Positions 8,580-19,109 of a stretch of DNA of 64,000 nucleotides are shown here, in pieces (the stretch's first letter is position 1; every line of letters begins with the position of its first letter). The notes below the pieces were generated by a model. The model was not told the DNA's origin. It did not search any database and saw nothing but the letters and a program-made list of their open reading frames with translations. Source of the DNA: Patescibacteria group bacterium (GTDB lineage Bacteria > Patescibacteriota > Gracilibacteria > UBA4473); assembly GCA_965660445.1 (NCBI GenBank), contig CBFIAK010000001.1, positions 64,001 through 128,000 of the forward strand, in the 5' to 3' direction. A program made the translations under genes and the position numbers.

Positions 8580-9233
8580 ATGACACAAAAAAACATGTAC
8601 ACATTCTTCATCATTTTAGGCAGCCTCCTTACTATCTGGTTTTTATATAGCTGGCTATCGGTTCGTGCTATTGAAAAACCAAAGTATAGTGTAATATCAA
8701 GTACTCAAAATTATGAGATACGTGAATATGCTTCATATATTATTGCCGAAACAAAAGTAAGTGGTGTAAAAAATCGTGATAAGGCAGTTCGAAAAGGGTT
8801 TCCGATAGTAGCAGATTACATATTTGGAAACAACACCTTACAAGATAAAATTGCTATGACCGTACCAGTAAATACGCAAACAGATAATTCAGAAAAAATA
8901 GCCATGACTGTTCCTGTTAACACAGAAGAAGAAAAAAAAGACGGTATCTATAAAGTATCTTTCGTAATGCCGAGTAATTACACACTTGAAACATTACCAA
9001 TCCCCAATGACAACCGAGTAATACTTAAAGAAGTCCCCTCTCGAAAAGTAGCGGTAAGAAAATTTACATGGTCTGCACAAGATTTTATCGTAAAAAAACA
9101 AGAAGAAGCACTTCTTTCTGCTCTGAATAATGATGGAATTAAAACTGTGGGAGCAATAAATTTAGCACGATACAATCCCCCATGGACCATTCCTTTTATG
9201 CTTCACAACGAAGTACAGATAGAAATTGAATAA
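8580..9233 (+). CDS. SOUL family heme-binding protein
   Basis: EKPKY..YEIREY, YIFGNN, KIAMTVPV (x2), FVMPS.YTLETLP.P and ARYNPPWT motifs. Confidence 0.9.
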   Translation: MTQKNMYTFFIILGSLLTIWFLYSWLSVRAIEKPKYSVISSTQNYEIREYASYIIAETKVSGVKNRDKAVRKGFPIVADYIFGNNTLQDKIAMTVPVNTQTDNSEKIAMTVPVNTEEEKKDGIYKVSFVMPSNYTLETLPIPNDNRVILKEVPSRKVAVRKFTWSAQDFIVKKQEEALLSALNNDGIKTVGAINLARYNPPWTIPFMLHNEVQIEIE

Positions 9234-9506
9234 CAAAAATTGACAAAATATTTTACAGAAAAATATACAATTATTATCAATATTCAAATTAGGGAAGCAC
9301 AGGAGCGCTAAGGCGCTCGAATTCAGAATCTTGAATCTGGAATCTTGGTAAAATTACAGGAATCACAAAAAAATCACAAGGCTGTGCAAAATCTTGTGAT
9401 TTTTTCCATAATTCATAATTCTTAATTCACAATTCCAATATGAGCGAATGAATTCCTATACAAAGGAAGGGGGTATATGGGGGAAACCTTTGGTTTCAAC
9501 CCATAA

Positions 9507-9890
9507 TCAAAGTTCCCCCCCCGAATCCACATTCCCTGCCCCAAGCAATGTATTAGCAATAGCAAACGAGAGAAGTATTACAAGGATCCCTAAAGCCGCA
9601 TAAAGGAGTATTTTTTTCGGTTTATCAGTGTCATCACCGGCCGCCACAATATACAATACGCCTCCGTAAATAAACATAACCACGGCTATAAGCCCAACAA
9701 ATGATAAAACATAGTTTATAATAGTGAGGACTCCTTCTCGAAAACTCCCATCATAACTGGTTGATTGTTGAATAGCTTGTGGGTTATCTGTTGAACGAAC
9801 CATTCCTCTGTTTTGTGCAAGAGCCACAGAAGGTGCTATAAACACTGATCCACAAAACAAAAAAGCCAAAGCCAAAACAAATTTTTTCAT
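9507..9890 (-). CDS. VirB2/TrbC-like pilin (CPR type)
   Basis: Signal peptide (ALA) and two TM helices linked by YGG..YI.A.GDD..K.KK.L.YA..G. Paralog at 29881-30297. Confidence 0.75.
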   Translation of the reverse strand: MKKFVLALAFLFCGSVFIAPSVALAQNRGMVRSTDNPQAIQQSTSYDGSFREGVLTIINYVLSFVGLIAVVMFIYGGVLYIVAAGDDTDKPKKILLYAALGILVILLSFAIANTLLGAGNVDSGGEL

Positions 9891-9946
9891 AAGAGTCACT
9901 ATAATTTCGGTTGAATTTTAATTGTATTTCCGAAAAAATACAATTA

Positions 9947-11968
9947 ATGGATCTCTCTTTTCCGCTTGAGAATATTCTCAAGACAACAACAGCTCATATA
10001 AAGAAACTCAAAAAAATAGGCATTCATACTCTGGGTGACTTATTGCAATACATGCCGAGAACTATTGAGTCGACCGAACTGATTACTGATTTTAATGATA
10101 TTCAGTTTGGAGTAAAAAATTCACTGTCTGGAACGCTCTGTGATATACGAAAAGAACGCACTCCTCGTGGGAAAACACTTACCAAAGCTGCATTCGTACT
10201 GCCCAATGGGGCAACCCTTGATGTCATTTGGTTTCAAACCCCCTACATACTCCGAACTATACAAGACGAAACACACGTATTTCTCGTTGGAAAAGTCAAC
10301 CGACAATACGGAAAAATTCAAATACAGAACCCTGAAGTCCATATAAAAGACACGATTCATGTTGGGAAACTTCGAGCGGTATATCCCGAATCTCCTCCAC
10401 TGACTTCAAAATGGTTTCGTGAAAAAATAGCAGGCGTTCTTCTCTACACAAAAAAATTTCCCGATATTATTCCATCTCATATCCGAGAATCTGAAAACCT
10501 CCTCTCAAAACCAGAAGCCCTTACCTGTATTCACAATCCTGACTCTACCGAACAATGGAATCTTGCTCGACGCACACTCGCGTTTGAGGAACTTCTTATT
10601 CTTCAGTCTCGGGTACTGCAACGAAAGAAACAGTACCAAAATGACCAAAAAAGCAAATACCGTATTCCATTCAATCCAGAAGAAATAAAGAAAGATTTTC
10701 AGATTATTCCGTTTGAACTCACTAATGGACAAAAGAAATGTTTACTCGATATACTCAAAGATTTTGAACGATCTCAACGAGCCCATCGACTGCTCCAAGG
10801 CGATGTCGGAAGCGGAAAAACCATTATTGCGTTTTTAGCCATGCTTCAGATTATAAAACAAGGCGGACAAGCAGCGCTCGTTGCACCAACAGAAATTCTT
10901 GCAAAACAACATTTTAAAAATGCCTTACAATTTTTTCCAACACAGTATCGAACTGAACTTTTGACAGGATCGGTAACGGAAAAAGAAAAATCTCGTATAA
11001 AAACTCAATTACGAACAGGTCAAATTCAAGTTCTAATTGGTACCCATGCTTTGTTTACTCCTGACACTGAGTTCAAAGACCTTGGTATTGCTGTTATTGA
11101 TGAACAACACCGATTTGGTGTAAAACAACGTGCTGTATTGGGACAAACCAATGCGCATGTGCTTTCCATGACAGCAACGCCAATCCCTCGAACACTTGCA
11201 CTCACTATTTACGGAGACCAAGACATTTCTCAAATCACAGAACTCCCCCCCGGAAGAAAACCCGTTATTACTCGTATTGTTAGTGACCAAAAGACACAAA
11301 CACTGTGTTATCGATTTATAGAAGACCAGATGGTCAAAGAGAAACAAATATTTTGGGTTTGTCCTCTTATTGATGAATCTGATGCCATTGAAGCAAAAAA
11401 TGTAAAAGCACAGTATGAACATATTGCAAAAGATCTCTACCCTGCACGACGAGTAGAGTTATTACATGGCAAGATGAAACCAAAAGAAAAAGATGCTATC
11501 ATGACTCGGTTTAAGAACAAAGAGTTTGATATTTTGGTATCGACATCGGTTATTGAAGTAGGAGTCGATATTCCCAACGCAACTATTATGGTTATTGAAA
11601 ACTCAGAACGGTTCGGGCTATCTCAACTTCATCAGTTTCGAGGACGTATTGGAAGAAACGATCGGCAGTGTTATTGTTTTTTAATGGTTGGCAAACAAGA
11701 AGACAAACACAAAGAACGCCTTCGTGCTCTGGAGAAAACCACTGATGGACTGAAGCTCGCTGAAATAGATTTGAAACTGCGTGGTATGGGAGAAATATAC
11801 GGCACACGACAATCGGGACTGCCACAATTTAAATGCGCAGACATCAGTGATGTTGCTTTGCTTCAATTAACCCGAGACTACGCACTTTCTCTGATAGAAG
11901 ATGACTCTTCTCTACAATCGCATCCATACTTAAAAAAAGCAGTAGAAGAAGAAAGCATAGAACTCTAG
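9947..11968 (+). CDS. recG: ATP-dependent DNA helicase RecG
   Basis: RLLQGDVGSGKT, APTEILAKQH, IDEQHRFGV, MTATPIPRTL and ERFGLSQLHQFRGR motifs. Confidence 0.97.
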   Translation: MDLSFPLENILKTTTAHIKKLKKIGIHTLGDLLQYMPRTIESTELITDFNDIQFGVKNSLSGTLCDIRKERTPRGKTLTKAAFVLPNGATLDVIWFQTPYILRTIQDETHVFLVGKVNRQYGKIQIQNPEVHIKDTIHVGKLRAVYPESPPLTSKWFREKIAGVLLYTKKFPDIIPSHIRESENLLSKPEALTCIHNPDSTEQWNLARRTLAFEELLILQSRVLQRKKQYQNDQKSKYRIPFNPEEIKKDFQIIPFELTNGQKKCLLDILKDFERSQRAHRLLQGDVGSGKTIIAFLAMLQIIKQGGQAALVAPTEILAKQHFKNALQFFPTQYRTELLTGSVTEKEKSRIKTQLRTGQIQVLIGTHALFTPDTEFKDLGIAVIDEQHRFGVKQRAVLGQTNAHVLSMTATPIPRTLALTIYGDQDISQITELPPGRKPVITRIVSDQKTQTLCYRFIEDQMVKEKQIFWVCPLIDESDAIEAKNVKAQYEHIAKDLYPARRVELLHGKMKPKEKDAIMTRFKNKEFDILVSTSVIEVGVDIPNATIMVIENSERFGLSQLHQFRGRIGRNDRQCYCFLMVGKQEDKHKERLRALEKTTDGLKLAEIDLKLRGMGEIYGTRQSGLPQFKCADISDVALLQLTRDYALSLIEDDSSLQSHPYLKKAVEEESIEL

Positions 11969-12055
11969 AAAACACAGAAAGACGCAAAAAATATTTTGCG
12001 AAAAACGAGTAATACTGCTATCGTCGGAAAGCATTATTTTCAAACAGACATACTT

Positions 12056-14374
12056 ATGGCACAAAACCTTGTTATTGTTGAGTCTCCTGCAAAGGCAAAA
12101 ACAATCGAAAAATTTTTAGGAAAAGATTTCGTTGTAAAATCAAGCTTCGGACACATTCGAGACCTTCCATCAAAAGGAATGAATATTGATATTGAAAATG
12201 GGTTTGCTCCTCATTATGAGATTAATACCGATAAGAAAAAGGTCGTTAATGAGCTCAAGAAAATAGCAAAAGAAAGTACTGTCTGGCTCGCATCCGATGA
12301 AGACCGAGAAGGAGAAGCTATTGCATGGCATTTAGCGGAAGCACTTCATTTAGACCCCAAAAAAACAAAGAGAATAACGTTTCATGAAATCACAAAACCA
12401 GCTATTTTAAAAGCGATTGAGAACCCACGAGTTATAAACAAAGATCTCGTTGATGCTCAACAAGCACGTCGAGTACTTGATCGACTTGTGGGATATGAAA
12501 TTTCACCAATATTATGGAAGAAAATACGAACAGGACTTTCTGCCGGAAGAGTGCAATCAGTGGCTGTTCGGCTTATTGTTGAACGAGAAGAAGAGATTCG
12601 AAAATTTGATTCAAAATCAAGTTTTAAGGTAATGGCTGAGTTTGATTTAAAAGACGGAAAAGTTTTAAAAGCAGAACTCAAGAAAAAAATTCCAACAATC
12701 GAAAAAGCTCAAACATTTTTAGAGACTATTAAAGACGCTTCGTTTCAGATTTCTGATATTATCACAAAACCAGGAAAACGCACTCCGGCTGCTCCATTCA
12801 CAACATCAACACTCCAACAAGAAGCCAGTCGAAAACTTGGATTTTCGGTAAAACAAACCATGACTGTTGCTCAAAAACTCTATGAATCAGGGAAAATAAC
12901 CTATATGCGTACTGATTCTATGAATTTGTCAGAAACGGCTATTTCACAGATAGAATCTGAGGTAAAAACCGAGTTTGGAAAAGAATATTTTCAAAAACGC
13001 GTCTTTAAAACGAAGTCTTCTACAGCGCAAGAAGCACATGAAGCAATCCGTCCAACCGATACATCCAAACGAGACCAAGGATCTGATTCTAATGAAAAAC
13101 GGCTCTATGAACTTATCTGGAAAAGAACAGTAGCCTCACAAATGGCTGATGCTCTTCTTGAAAAAACAGTTGTACACATTGATATTTCTACACATGAATC
13201 ACAATTAGTCGCTGAAGGAGAAGTGATTCAGTTTCCAGGATTCCTAGAAGTCTATATTGAAAGTTCTGATGACGAAGATGATAATGCACTCGAAAAGAAC
13301 ATTCTTCCACCTCTTGCAAAAAATCAGATATTACCTTTGAAGACACTACAAGCAAAAGAAGGATTTGATCGATCTCCTCCTCGATACACAGAGGCAAGTT
13401 TAGTAAAGAAAATGGAAGAAATGGGAATTGGACGACCATCAACCTATGCTCCAACGATTTCAACTATTCAAGACCGAGGATACATTGAGAAAAAAAGCAC
13501 CGAAGGCACAAAACGTCATTATGCCTTTTTAGTACTCAAAAAAGGGGCTATCATCAATGAAGAAAAAACCGAAACCACAGGAGCTGAAAAAAACAAACTA
13601 TTCCCTACCGATACTGGAAAAGTCGTCAATGAGTTTCTAATGAGATGTTTTCCTACTATTTTAGATTATCATTTCACGGCAAAAGTTGAAGAAGAATTTG
13701 ATGCCATTGCTCATGGAAAAGAACGATGGAATCGAATGATTCAAGAATTCTACACTCCGTTTCATGCATCAGTAGAAGAAACAGGGGAAATATCTCGAAG
13801 TGAAATTTCGTATGCACGAGAAGTTGGTATTGATCCAAAAACAAAAAAACCTATTTTTGCTCGTATTGGACGATTCGGCCCCATGCTACAACTCGGAGAA
13901 ACTGAAAGCGAAGAAAAACCACGGTTTGCCTCTATCCCAAAAGATGTCTCTATTGACGATATTACACTTGAACAAGCTCTTCCTTTATTTGAACTTCCAC
14001 GTGTTATTGGAAAAACAAAAGACGGTACCGAAATTACCGCTCAGATCGGACGATTTGGTCCGTATATTAAACACGATAAGACTTTTGTATCAATCCAAGA
14101 AACAGAACTTTTTGATATAACCCTTGAAGAAGCTGAGAAAAGAATCAATGAGAAAAAAGAAGAAGCTCAAAACCGTATTATTCATGATTTCACAGAAAAA
14201 GGTATTCAAGTACTCAAAGGTCGATACGGTCCGTATATCACAGACGGAAAGAAAAACGCAAAAATACCAAAAGACAAAGCACCCGAATCCCTTACGCAAA
14301 AAGAATGCGAAGACCTGCTTTCAAAAGCTCCTGACCGAAAAAAACGAGGATTTGTACGAAAAACAAAGAAATAG
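12056..14374 (+). CDS. topA: DNA topoisomerase I
   Basis: LVIVESPAKAKTI, DEDREGEAI, SAGRVQS and ITYMRTDS motifs. C-terminal GRFGP/GRYGP repeats (zinc-finger-less type). Confidence 0.98.
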   Translation: MAQNLVIVESPAKAKTIEKFLGKDFVVKSSFGHIRDLPSKGMNIDIENGFAPHYEINTDKKKVVNELKKIAKESTVWLASDEDREGEAIAWHLAEALHLDPKKTKRITFHEITKPAILKAIENPRVINKDLVDAQQARRVLDRLVGYEISPILWKKIRTGLSAGRVQSVAVRLIVEREEEIRKFDSKSSFKVMAEFDLKDGKVLKAELKKKIPTIEKAQTFLETIKDASFQISDIITKPGKRTPAAPFTTSTLQQEASRKLGFSVKQTMTVAQKLYESGKITYMRTDSMNLSETAISQIESEVKTEFGKEYFQKRVFKTKSSTAQEAHEAIRPTDTSKRDQGSDSNEKRLYELIWKRTVASQMADALLEKTVVHIDISTHESQLVAEGEVIQFPGFLEVYIESSDDEDDNALEKNILPPLAKNQILPLKTLQAKEGFDRSPPRYTEASLVKKMEEMGIGRPSTYAPTISTIQDRGYIEKKSTEGTKRHYAFLVLKKGAIINEEKTETTGAEKNKLFPTDTGKVVNEFLMRCFPTILDYHFTAKVEEEFDAIAHGKERWNRMIQEFYTPFHASVEETGEISRSEISYAREVGIDPKTKKPIFARIGRFGPMLQLGETESEEKPRFASIPKDVSIDDITLEQALPLFELPRVIGKTKDGTEITAQIGRFGPYIKHDKTFVSIQETELFDITLEEAEKRINEKKEEAQNRIIHDFTEKGIQVLKGRYGPYITDGKKNAKIPKDKAPESLTQKECEDLLSKAPDRKKRGFVRKTKK

Positions 14375-14511
14375 ATTGACACAAAGCATGAAATATTTTA
14401 TAAATAAAATAGTTCTTTTCAAACGTGATTGATAGGATGAGAAAAATATTTTCTTCACCTATCACACACCTATAAATAGCAACACATTTCAAATTATATT
14501 GGAGGTCAGTA

Positions 14512-14658
14512 ATGGCAAAATTACTCGGATGGATCATTTTGATAATGCTTGGAATAGCACTTATATCAAGCTTCGCGCCTGCAGTTGTTATCGGTGGAAT
14601 TATACTCTTTGGTGCCGGATACTACTTAGTAAAAGGCGATTCTAGCACAAGCAGTTAA
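14512..14658 (+). CDS. Small membrane protein (48 aa, absent from the ORF track)
   Basis: GGAGG at 14501-14505, ATG at 14512, MAKLLGWIILIMLGIALISSFAPAVVIGGIILFGAGYYLVKGDSSTSS, followed by a terminator hairpin. Confidence 0.65.
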   Translation: MAKLLGWIILIMLGIALISSFAPAVVIGGIILFGAGYYLVKGDSSTSS

Positions 14659-14669
14659 TTCCCGAACAC

Positions 14670-14702
14670 AAAAACACTTATGGAACTCATAGGTGTTTTT
14701 TT
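14670..14702. terminator. Bidirectional terminator-like hairpin
   Basis: AAAAACACTTATG-gaact-CATAGGTGTTTTT between convergent genes. Confidence 0.65.
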
Positions 14703-15574
14703 TATACGCTATACAGTTTTTTTGCGTTCTCAAATAATTGCAAACCGCATTCATATTCATCAATATTTTTAATGTGTGCAATCAATTGCACAACTTCTTT
14801 TAAAGTTGAGGCATCGTTTCGCTTTACTCCATTTTTTCGAGCTTGTTGTGGCACTAAAAATGGGCTATCAGTTTCAGTCACAAGGTATTCAAGAGGAACC
14901 GCACGAACAACATCTCTGAGTGTGTCTGATTTTGGATACGTGAGCACACCACCAATACCAATAAAAAAACCGTATTCTTGAGTCATCTTTAAAGCACACG
15001 CCGTATCACTTGAAAAACAATGCACAACTCCTGAAAGTCCTTGAACTTTATAAGTGCGAAGGGCTTCTTCAAATTCGCGATAGGCATCACGCACATGAAA
15101 CACAAGCGGTTTACGAAACAATCGTGCAAGTTGAATATGCATTTCAAATGATTCATATTGCCGTGCCAGTATTTCAGGCGAATTATTGTGGTACAAATCA
15201 AACCCAGTTTCTCCAAACCCAACGACGTTCTCGTTCTGTTTTTTCGTTACATCCGAAAAAAAGGAAAACAGTTCTTGAAAATTATGTGCTTGTAATTCAT
15301 ATGATTCAAACCCCGAAGGTCTGTAATTTTTTTTTGCAGAAAAACAATCCAATACATCACACGGATGTACCCCAAGTGTTGCATACATACCTTCATATTT
15401 TTGAGCGAGTGCCAAGGCTGCCATACTTGATACTTCTTCACATCCAATTTGAACTTGATGAGAAACCCCTGCGTCCTTACAAGTACTTAAAACCGATTCA
15501 AGATCGTTATCAAACGCAGAAAAATAAAGATGGGTATGCGTTTCAAAAATTGGATATAATGTATTGTCAGACAT
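14702..15574 (-). CDS. tatD: TatD family deoxyribonuclease
   Basis: ETHTHL, GVHP, GETGFD, GVVHCFS and ETDSPFL motifs. Confidence 0.92.
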   Translation of the reverse strand: MSDNTLYPIFETHTHLYFSAFDNDLESVLSTCKDAGVSHQVQIGCEEVSSMAALALAQKYEGMYATLGVHPCDVLDCFSAKKNYRPSGFESYELQAHNFQELFSFFSDVTKKQNENVVGFGETGFDLYHNNSPEILARQYESFEMHIQLARLFRKPLVFHVRDAYREFEEALRTYKVQGLSGVVHCFSSDTACALKMTQEYGFFIGIGGVLTYPKSDTLRDVVRAVPLEYLVTETDSPFLVPQQARKNGVKRNDASTLKEVVQLIAHIKNIDEYECGLQLFENAKKLYSV

Positions 15575-15587
15575 AAATAAAAAAACA

Positions 15588-16391
15588 CTAAAAAATTGAA
15601 GGGCGAGATGTCCCTTTCCACTTCCAAAGATACTGAAAAACCGATCGTACATGAATCCAAAACGTTCGTTTTTTCATACTCCGAAACACGCCTTCTCCCG
15701 ATAATCGTTTTTGTTCATGAAAAGCTTTCACAGTCGGTACCTGAAGAACCCTATACCCTGCATGCCAACACCGACGACATAAATCCGTATCTTCTAAGAA
15801 TAAGAAAAAACGGTCATCAAACCCGTTGAGAACTGACATGAAAAAATCTTTCTTCATCAGTAAAAAACTCCCTTGTGCCCATTCAACCGGAAACGCATCT
15901 TTCCGATGTGGGTGAACATGTTTCACATGAAAAAATCGTTTTTTCAGTAACGAAAAAAAGGTAGGAAACTTCCACGTATTTGCTAATGGCACATGATCGC
16001 TTGTCTCTAACAATGGGGTTACAATACCGTTTTGAGGATTACTCAAAAGCACAGAGAGAAGTGATTCAAACACCGGTTCACAAAACTCTATATCGGGGTT
16101 TATAAACGCAACATAGTTTCCCATAGCAAATTGAACGCCTTGCATATTTCCTTTTCCAAACCCAATATTTTGTTGTAATTCAACCACATGCACTCGCTTA
16201 TCATGCGCTACGGCCTCCACACACACACGAAATCTATCTTTCCCTGAATGATTATCCACAATAATCCATTCCCACTCAATATGAGGTGGAAATTTCTTTA
16301 AAGACTCATATAACCGCAACAACTTTTGTTCTGTTCGATAATGAACGGTTATCAACGAAATGGTTTGTGAACCTGTATCACTCATATTCAC
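15588..16391 (-). CDS. Glycosyltransferase family 2
   Basis: IIVDNHS, NIGFGKGN, FINPD and GFDDRFFLFLEDTDLC motifs. Confidence 0.9.
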   Translation of the reverse strand: MNMSDTGSQTISLITVHYRTEQKLLRLYESLKKFPPHIEWEWIIVDNHSGKDRFRVCVEAVAHDKRVHVVELQQNIGFGKGNMQGVQFAMGNYVAFINPDIEFCEPVFESLLSVLLSNPQNGIVTPLLETSDHVPLANTWKFPTFFSLLKKRFFHVKHVHPHRKDAFPVEWAQGSFLLMKKDFFMSVLNGFDDRFFLFLEDTDLCRRCWHAGYRVLQVPTVKAFHEQKRLSGEGVFRSMKKRTFWIHVRSVFQYLWKWKGTSRPSIF

Positions 16392-16399
16392 TCATCAGT

Positions 16400-17749
16400 C
16401 TAAATATTTTTTTCAAAAAAGGAAACGATATCTGATTGACGCACCGTTTCTTGTGTTCCAGTTTTCATATTCTTTACACAAACTGATTGCGTTTTTATCT
16501 CGTCTTCACCAATAACACACACCCACTCTACCCCAAGATAATCAGCATATTCAAACTGTTTCTTCATTTTCTTTTGTTCCAAATACGTTTCTACTCGAAA
16601 CCCACTACAACGCAGCATTTTTTGCAGTGCAAACGAAGTCCCCATACCTTCCTGATCGTGTTGCACAATTAAAATATCACAAGGAGATAGAAACGTATCA
16701 ACAACAACCCCTTCATCGAATAACTGATGAAGTAACCGAGTTAACCCAATAGACATCCCAACTCCTGGGTACGATTTTCCAGTAAACAAAGAGGTTAAAT
16801 CATCATATCGCCCTCCTGAACAAATAGATCCAAGATGTGGAAACCGAGTCAGCGTTGTTTCGTAAATCGTACCCGTATAATAATCAAGCCCTCTCGCAAT
16901 AGATATATCAGGGCGATAATACTGAGCATCGCCTTGCATACACGCTAAAGTATCAAACACAATCCGTAATTGATGCAACCCTTCTTGCCCTTCTTCCGAT
17001 AATGAAAAAGACTGAAAAAACTCAAAAAAATCAGCGTAATTATTATCTGGAGATGGTTCGAATGCCATTATATCTAAAAGTTGTGCTTGCTGAGCATCCG
17101 ATAACCCAAGAACACGCAAAGACTCTTTCACAAACCCAATTCCTTTTTTCTCCATATCGTCGATAATATCGATACATTGTTTCAGGTTTGTTTCATTCAC
17201 TCCGCAGTGTTGTAAAACACCACGCAATAATTTTCTATTACTGATACGTACTACAAATTCGCCAATATTCAGTTTTGAAAAAACATCAATCATAATAGAA
17301 GGAAGTACTCCGTCATGTTCAATCGCCAATGATTCTGATCCAACAATATCAATATCACATTGATCAAATTGTCGAAACCGTCCTTTCTGTGCTCGTTCAC
17401 CACGAAAAACAGGCCCTATACAATATCTGCGAAAAGGAAACCGAATATCGTTCAAATGACGAGCAATATACAACGCTAAAGGTACAGTATGGTCAAACCG
17501 CAATGCGTTTCCAGAATGAGACGTATCAGTTTCATCATCAAGTAATCGTTTCAGAACATACATTTCTTTTGGATTTCCTCCTTTCGCCAAAAAATTTTCT
17601 TCTCGTTCAACCATTGGTGTAGTCACCGGAAAAAATCCATACGATTCAAAAACATGTGTAATTGTTTGTACCCATTGTTGTTTTATTCGTTCTTGTGAAG
17701 GTGTAAACTCTGGAAACCCACTCGGACACGAAACATTGTGAGAAGACAT
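16400..17749 (-). CDS. hisS: Histidine--tRNA ligase
   Basis: LRFDHTVPLA, FRGERAQKGRFRQF, ARGLDYYTG and GGRYDDL motifs. Confidence 0.97.
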   Translation of the reverse strand: MSSHNVSCPSGFPEFTPSQERIKQQWVQTITHVFESYGFFPVTTPMVEREENFLAKGGNPKEMYVLKRLLDDETDTSHSGNALRFDHTVPLALYIARHLNDIRFPFRRYCIGPVFRGERAQKGRFRQFDQCDIDIVGSESLAIEHDGVLPSIMIDVFSKLNIGEFVVRISNRKLLRGVLQHCGVNETNLKQCIDIIDDMEKKGIGFVKESLRVLGLSDAQQAQLLDIMAFEPSPDNNYADFFEFFQSFSLSEEGQEGLHQLRIVFDTLACMQGDAQYYRPDISIARGLDYYTGTIYETTLTRFPHLGSICSGGRYDDLTSLFTGKSYPGVGMSIGLTRLLHQLFDEGVVVDTFLSPCDILIVQHDQEGMGTSFALQKMLRCSGFRVETYLEQKKMKKQFEYADYLGVEWVCVIGEDEIKTQSVCVKNMKTGTQETVRQSDIVSFFEKNI

Positions 17750-17760
17750 ACCATAAAAAA

Positions 17761-19023
17761 TTAAGAGATGAGACGTTGCAGTTCTTGTTGATCAATATCG
17801 GGCCCAATACCGCAAAACCGTAAATGTTGAGGATCAAGAATCCGTTGAGCAAGATTTTGTACCTGATCCGCTGTTACAGCTCGATACTGATCTTTCAGTG
17901 TTTCGAAATGAACTGTCGTATTATAGAGAAGTTGATCTTTTCCAAAATGATGAGCGATATCTTCTGTATCTTCTGTTAATAAATCCATCTTCCCGCACAG
18001 ATAATTCTGTGCTTTTTCGAGTTCTCCTTCAAGTAAACCATGCTCTCGTATATTTTTATATTCATACACTATTGCTTCCACGGCTTTGAGTACATCTTGC
18101 AACCGAACCCCTGCGCGAGTTGTTAAAAGCCCTGTGTCTGTAAACTCATCAACACTGGTCCGAATAGAATAACACAAACCCTTACTTTCTCGAACGTTCT
18201 GAAACATACGAGCACTCATATTGCCTCCAAGAACCGCGGCTAATACTTTTAGTACTGGAAACTCTGGATCGTTTTCAGCCAATGCCCGACACCCAATCGA
18301 TATATGATATTGTTCTGTTTTTTTTGTTCGTATTTTATATTTCTCCGTCACGATATCCGCATCAAACGGAGGGAAAGAAAGTGTTTGTGATTGGTGTGGA
18401 AACTGAAAATATGATTCTAACACATCAAGTGATGTCTCATCTACCGCTCCTGCAACAGTAATCACTGTGTTTTCCGGCACATATAATGCATTTTTATAGG
18501 CTATAAATTGATCCTGAGTAACAGAACGAATCAATTCCTTTGTTCCAATTTGATCTCGTCCTAAGGGTTGATCACCAAAAACAAGTTGTTCAAAATCCCA
18601 ACTAATTTGATACATAGGAGCATCTAAATACATGGCCATTTCTTCTAAAATAACCCCTCTTTCTTTTTCTATTTCTTCAGGATCAAACCGAGAGTGAAGC
18701 ATCATATCAGAAAGAACGTCACAGGCTTTTTCAAAATGAGCTTTCCCGCTCTTTACATAATATCCAGCATACTCTTTCCCTGTAAACGCATTAAAAGCCC
18801 CTCCAAAGCAATCGACCGCTTCTGATACAGCCTTTGGAGTTGTGTATTTTTTTGCCCCCTTAAAAAACATATGTTCTAAAAAATGCGAAATTCCAGCAAT
18901 TGATTTATCTTCGTAACGAGATCCAGCCCCAACCAAGATAAGGGTTGTCACTACTGATGTTCCTTCAAGAGCAACCGCTTGCAATCGTAATCCATTTTGA
19001 GTAGTTCGTGTATAAACTTTCAT
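17761..19023 (-). CDS. M16 family (pitrilysin-like) zinc peptidase
   Basis: GSRYE..GISHFLEHMFFKG (HxxEH), NAFT and ERGVILEE motifs. Confidence 0.93.
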   Translation of the reverse strand: MKVYTRTTQNGLRLQAVALEGTSVVTTLILVGAGSRYEDKSIAGISHFLEHMFFKGAKKYTTPKAVSEAVDCFGGAFNAFTGKEYAGYYVKSGKAHFEKACDVLSDMMLHSRFDPEEIEKERGVILEEMAMYLDAPMYQISWDFEQLVFGDQPLGRDQIGTKELIRSVTQDQFIAYKNALYVPENTVITVAGAVDETSLDVLESYFQFPHQSQTLSFPPFDADIVTEKYKIRTKKTEQYHISIGCRALAENDPEFPVLKVLAAVLGGNMSARMFQNVRESKGLCYSIRTSVDEFTDTGLLTTRAGVRLQDVLKAVEAIVYEYKNIREHGLLEGELEKAQNYLCGKMDLLTEDTEDIAHHFGKDQLLYNTTVHFETLKDQYRAVTADQVQNLAQRILDPQHLRFCGIGPDIDQQELQRLIS

Positions 19024-19109
19024 GCTTGGATTGTACGAGAATAAAGCAGAAAAACAACACAAAATGAAGAAAACTTGATTCTTTTATTGAGAAAAATCAT
19101 ACTCATAGT

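Noticed and set aside
8848-8925. KIAMTVPVNT tandem repeat
   Set aside because: A usual feature of bacterial SOUL-family proteins.
15010-15576. 188-aa plus-strand ORF and the many other antisense ORFs within core genes
   Set aside because: Shadow frames of well-supported genes, with no motifs or expression signals.
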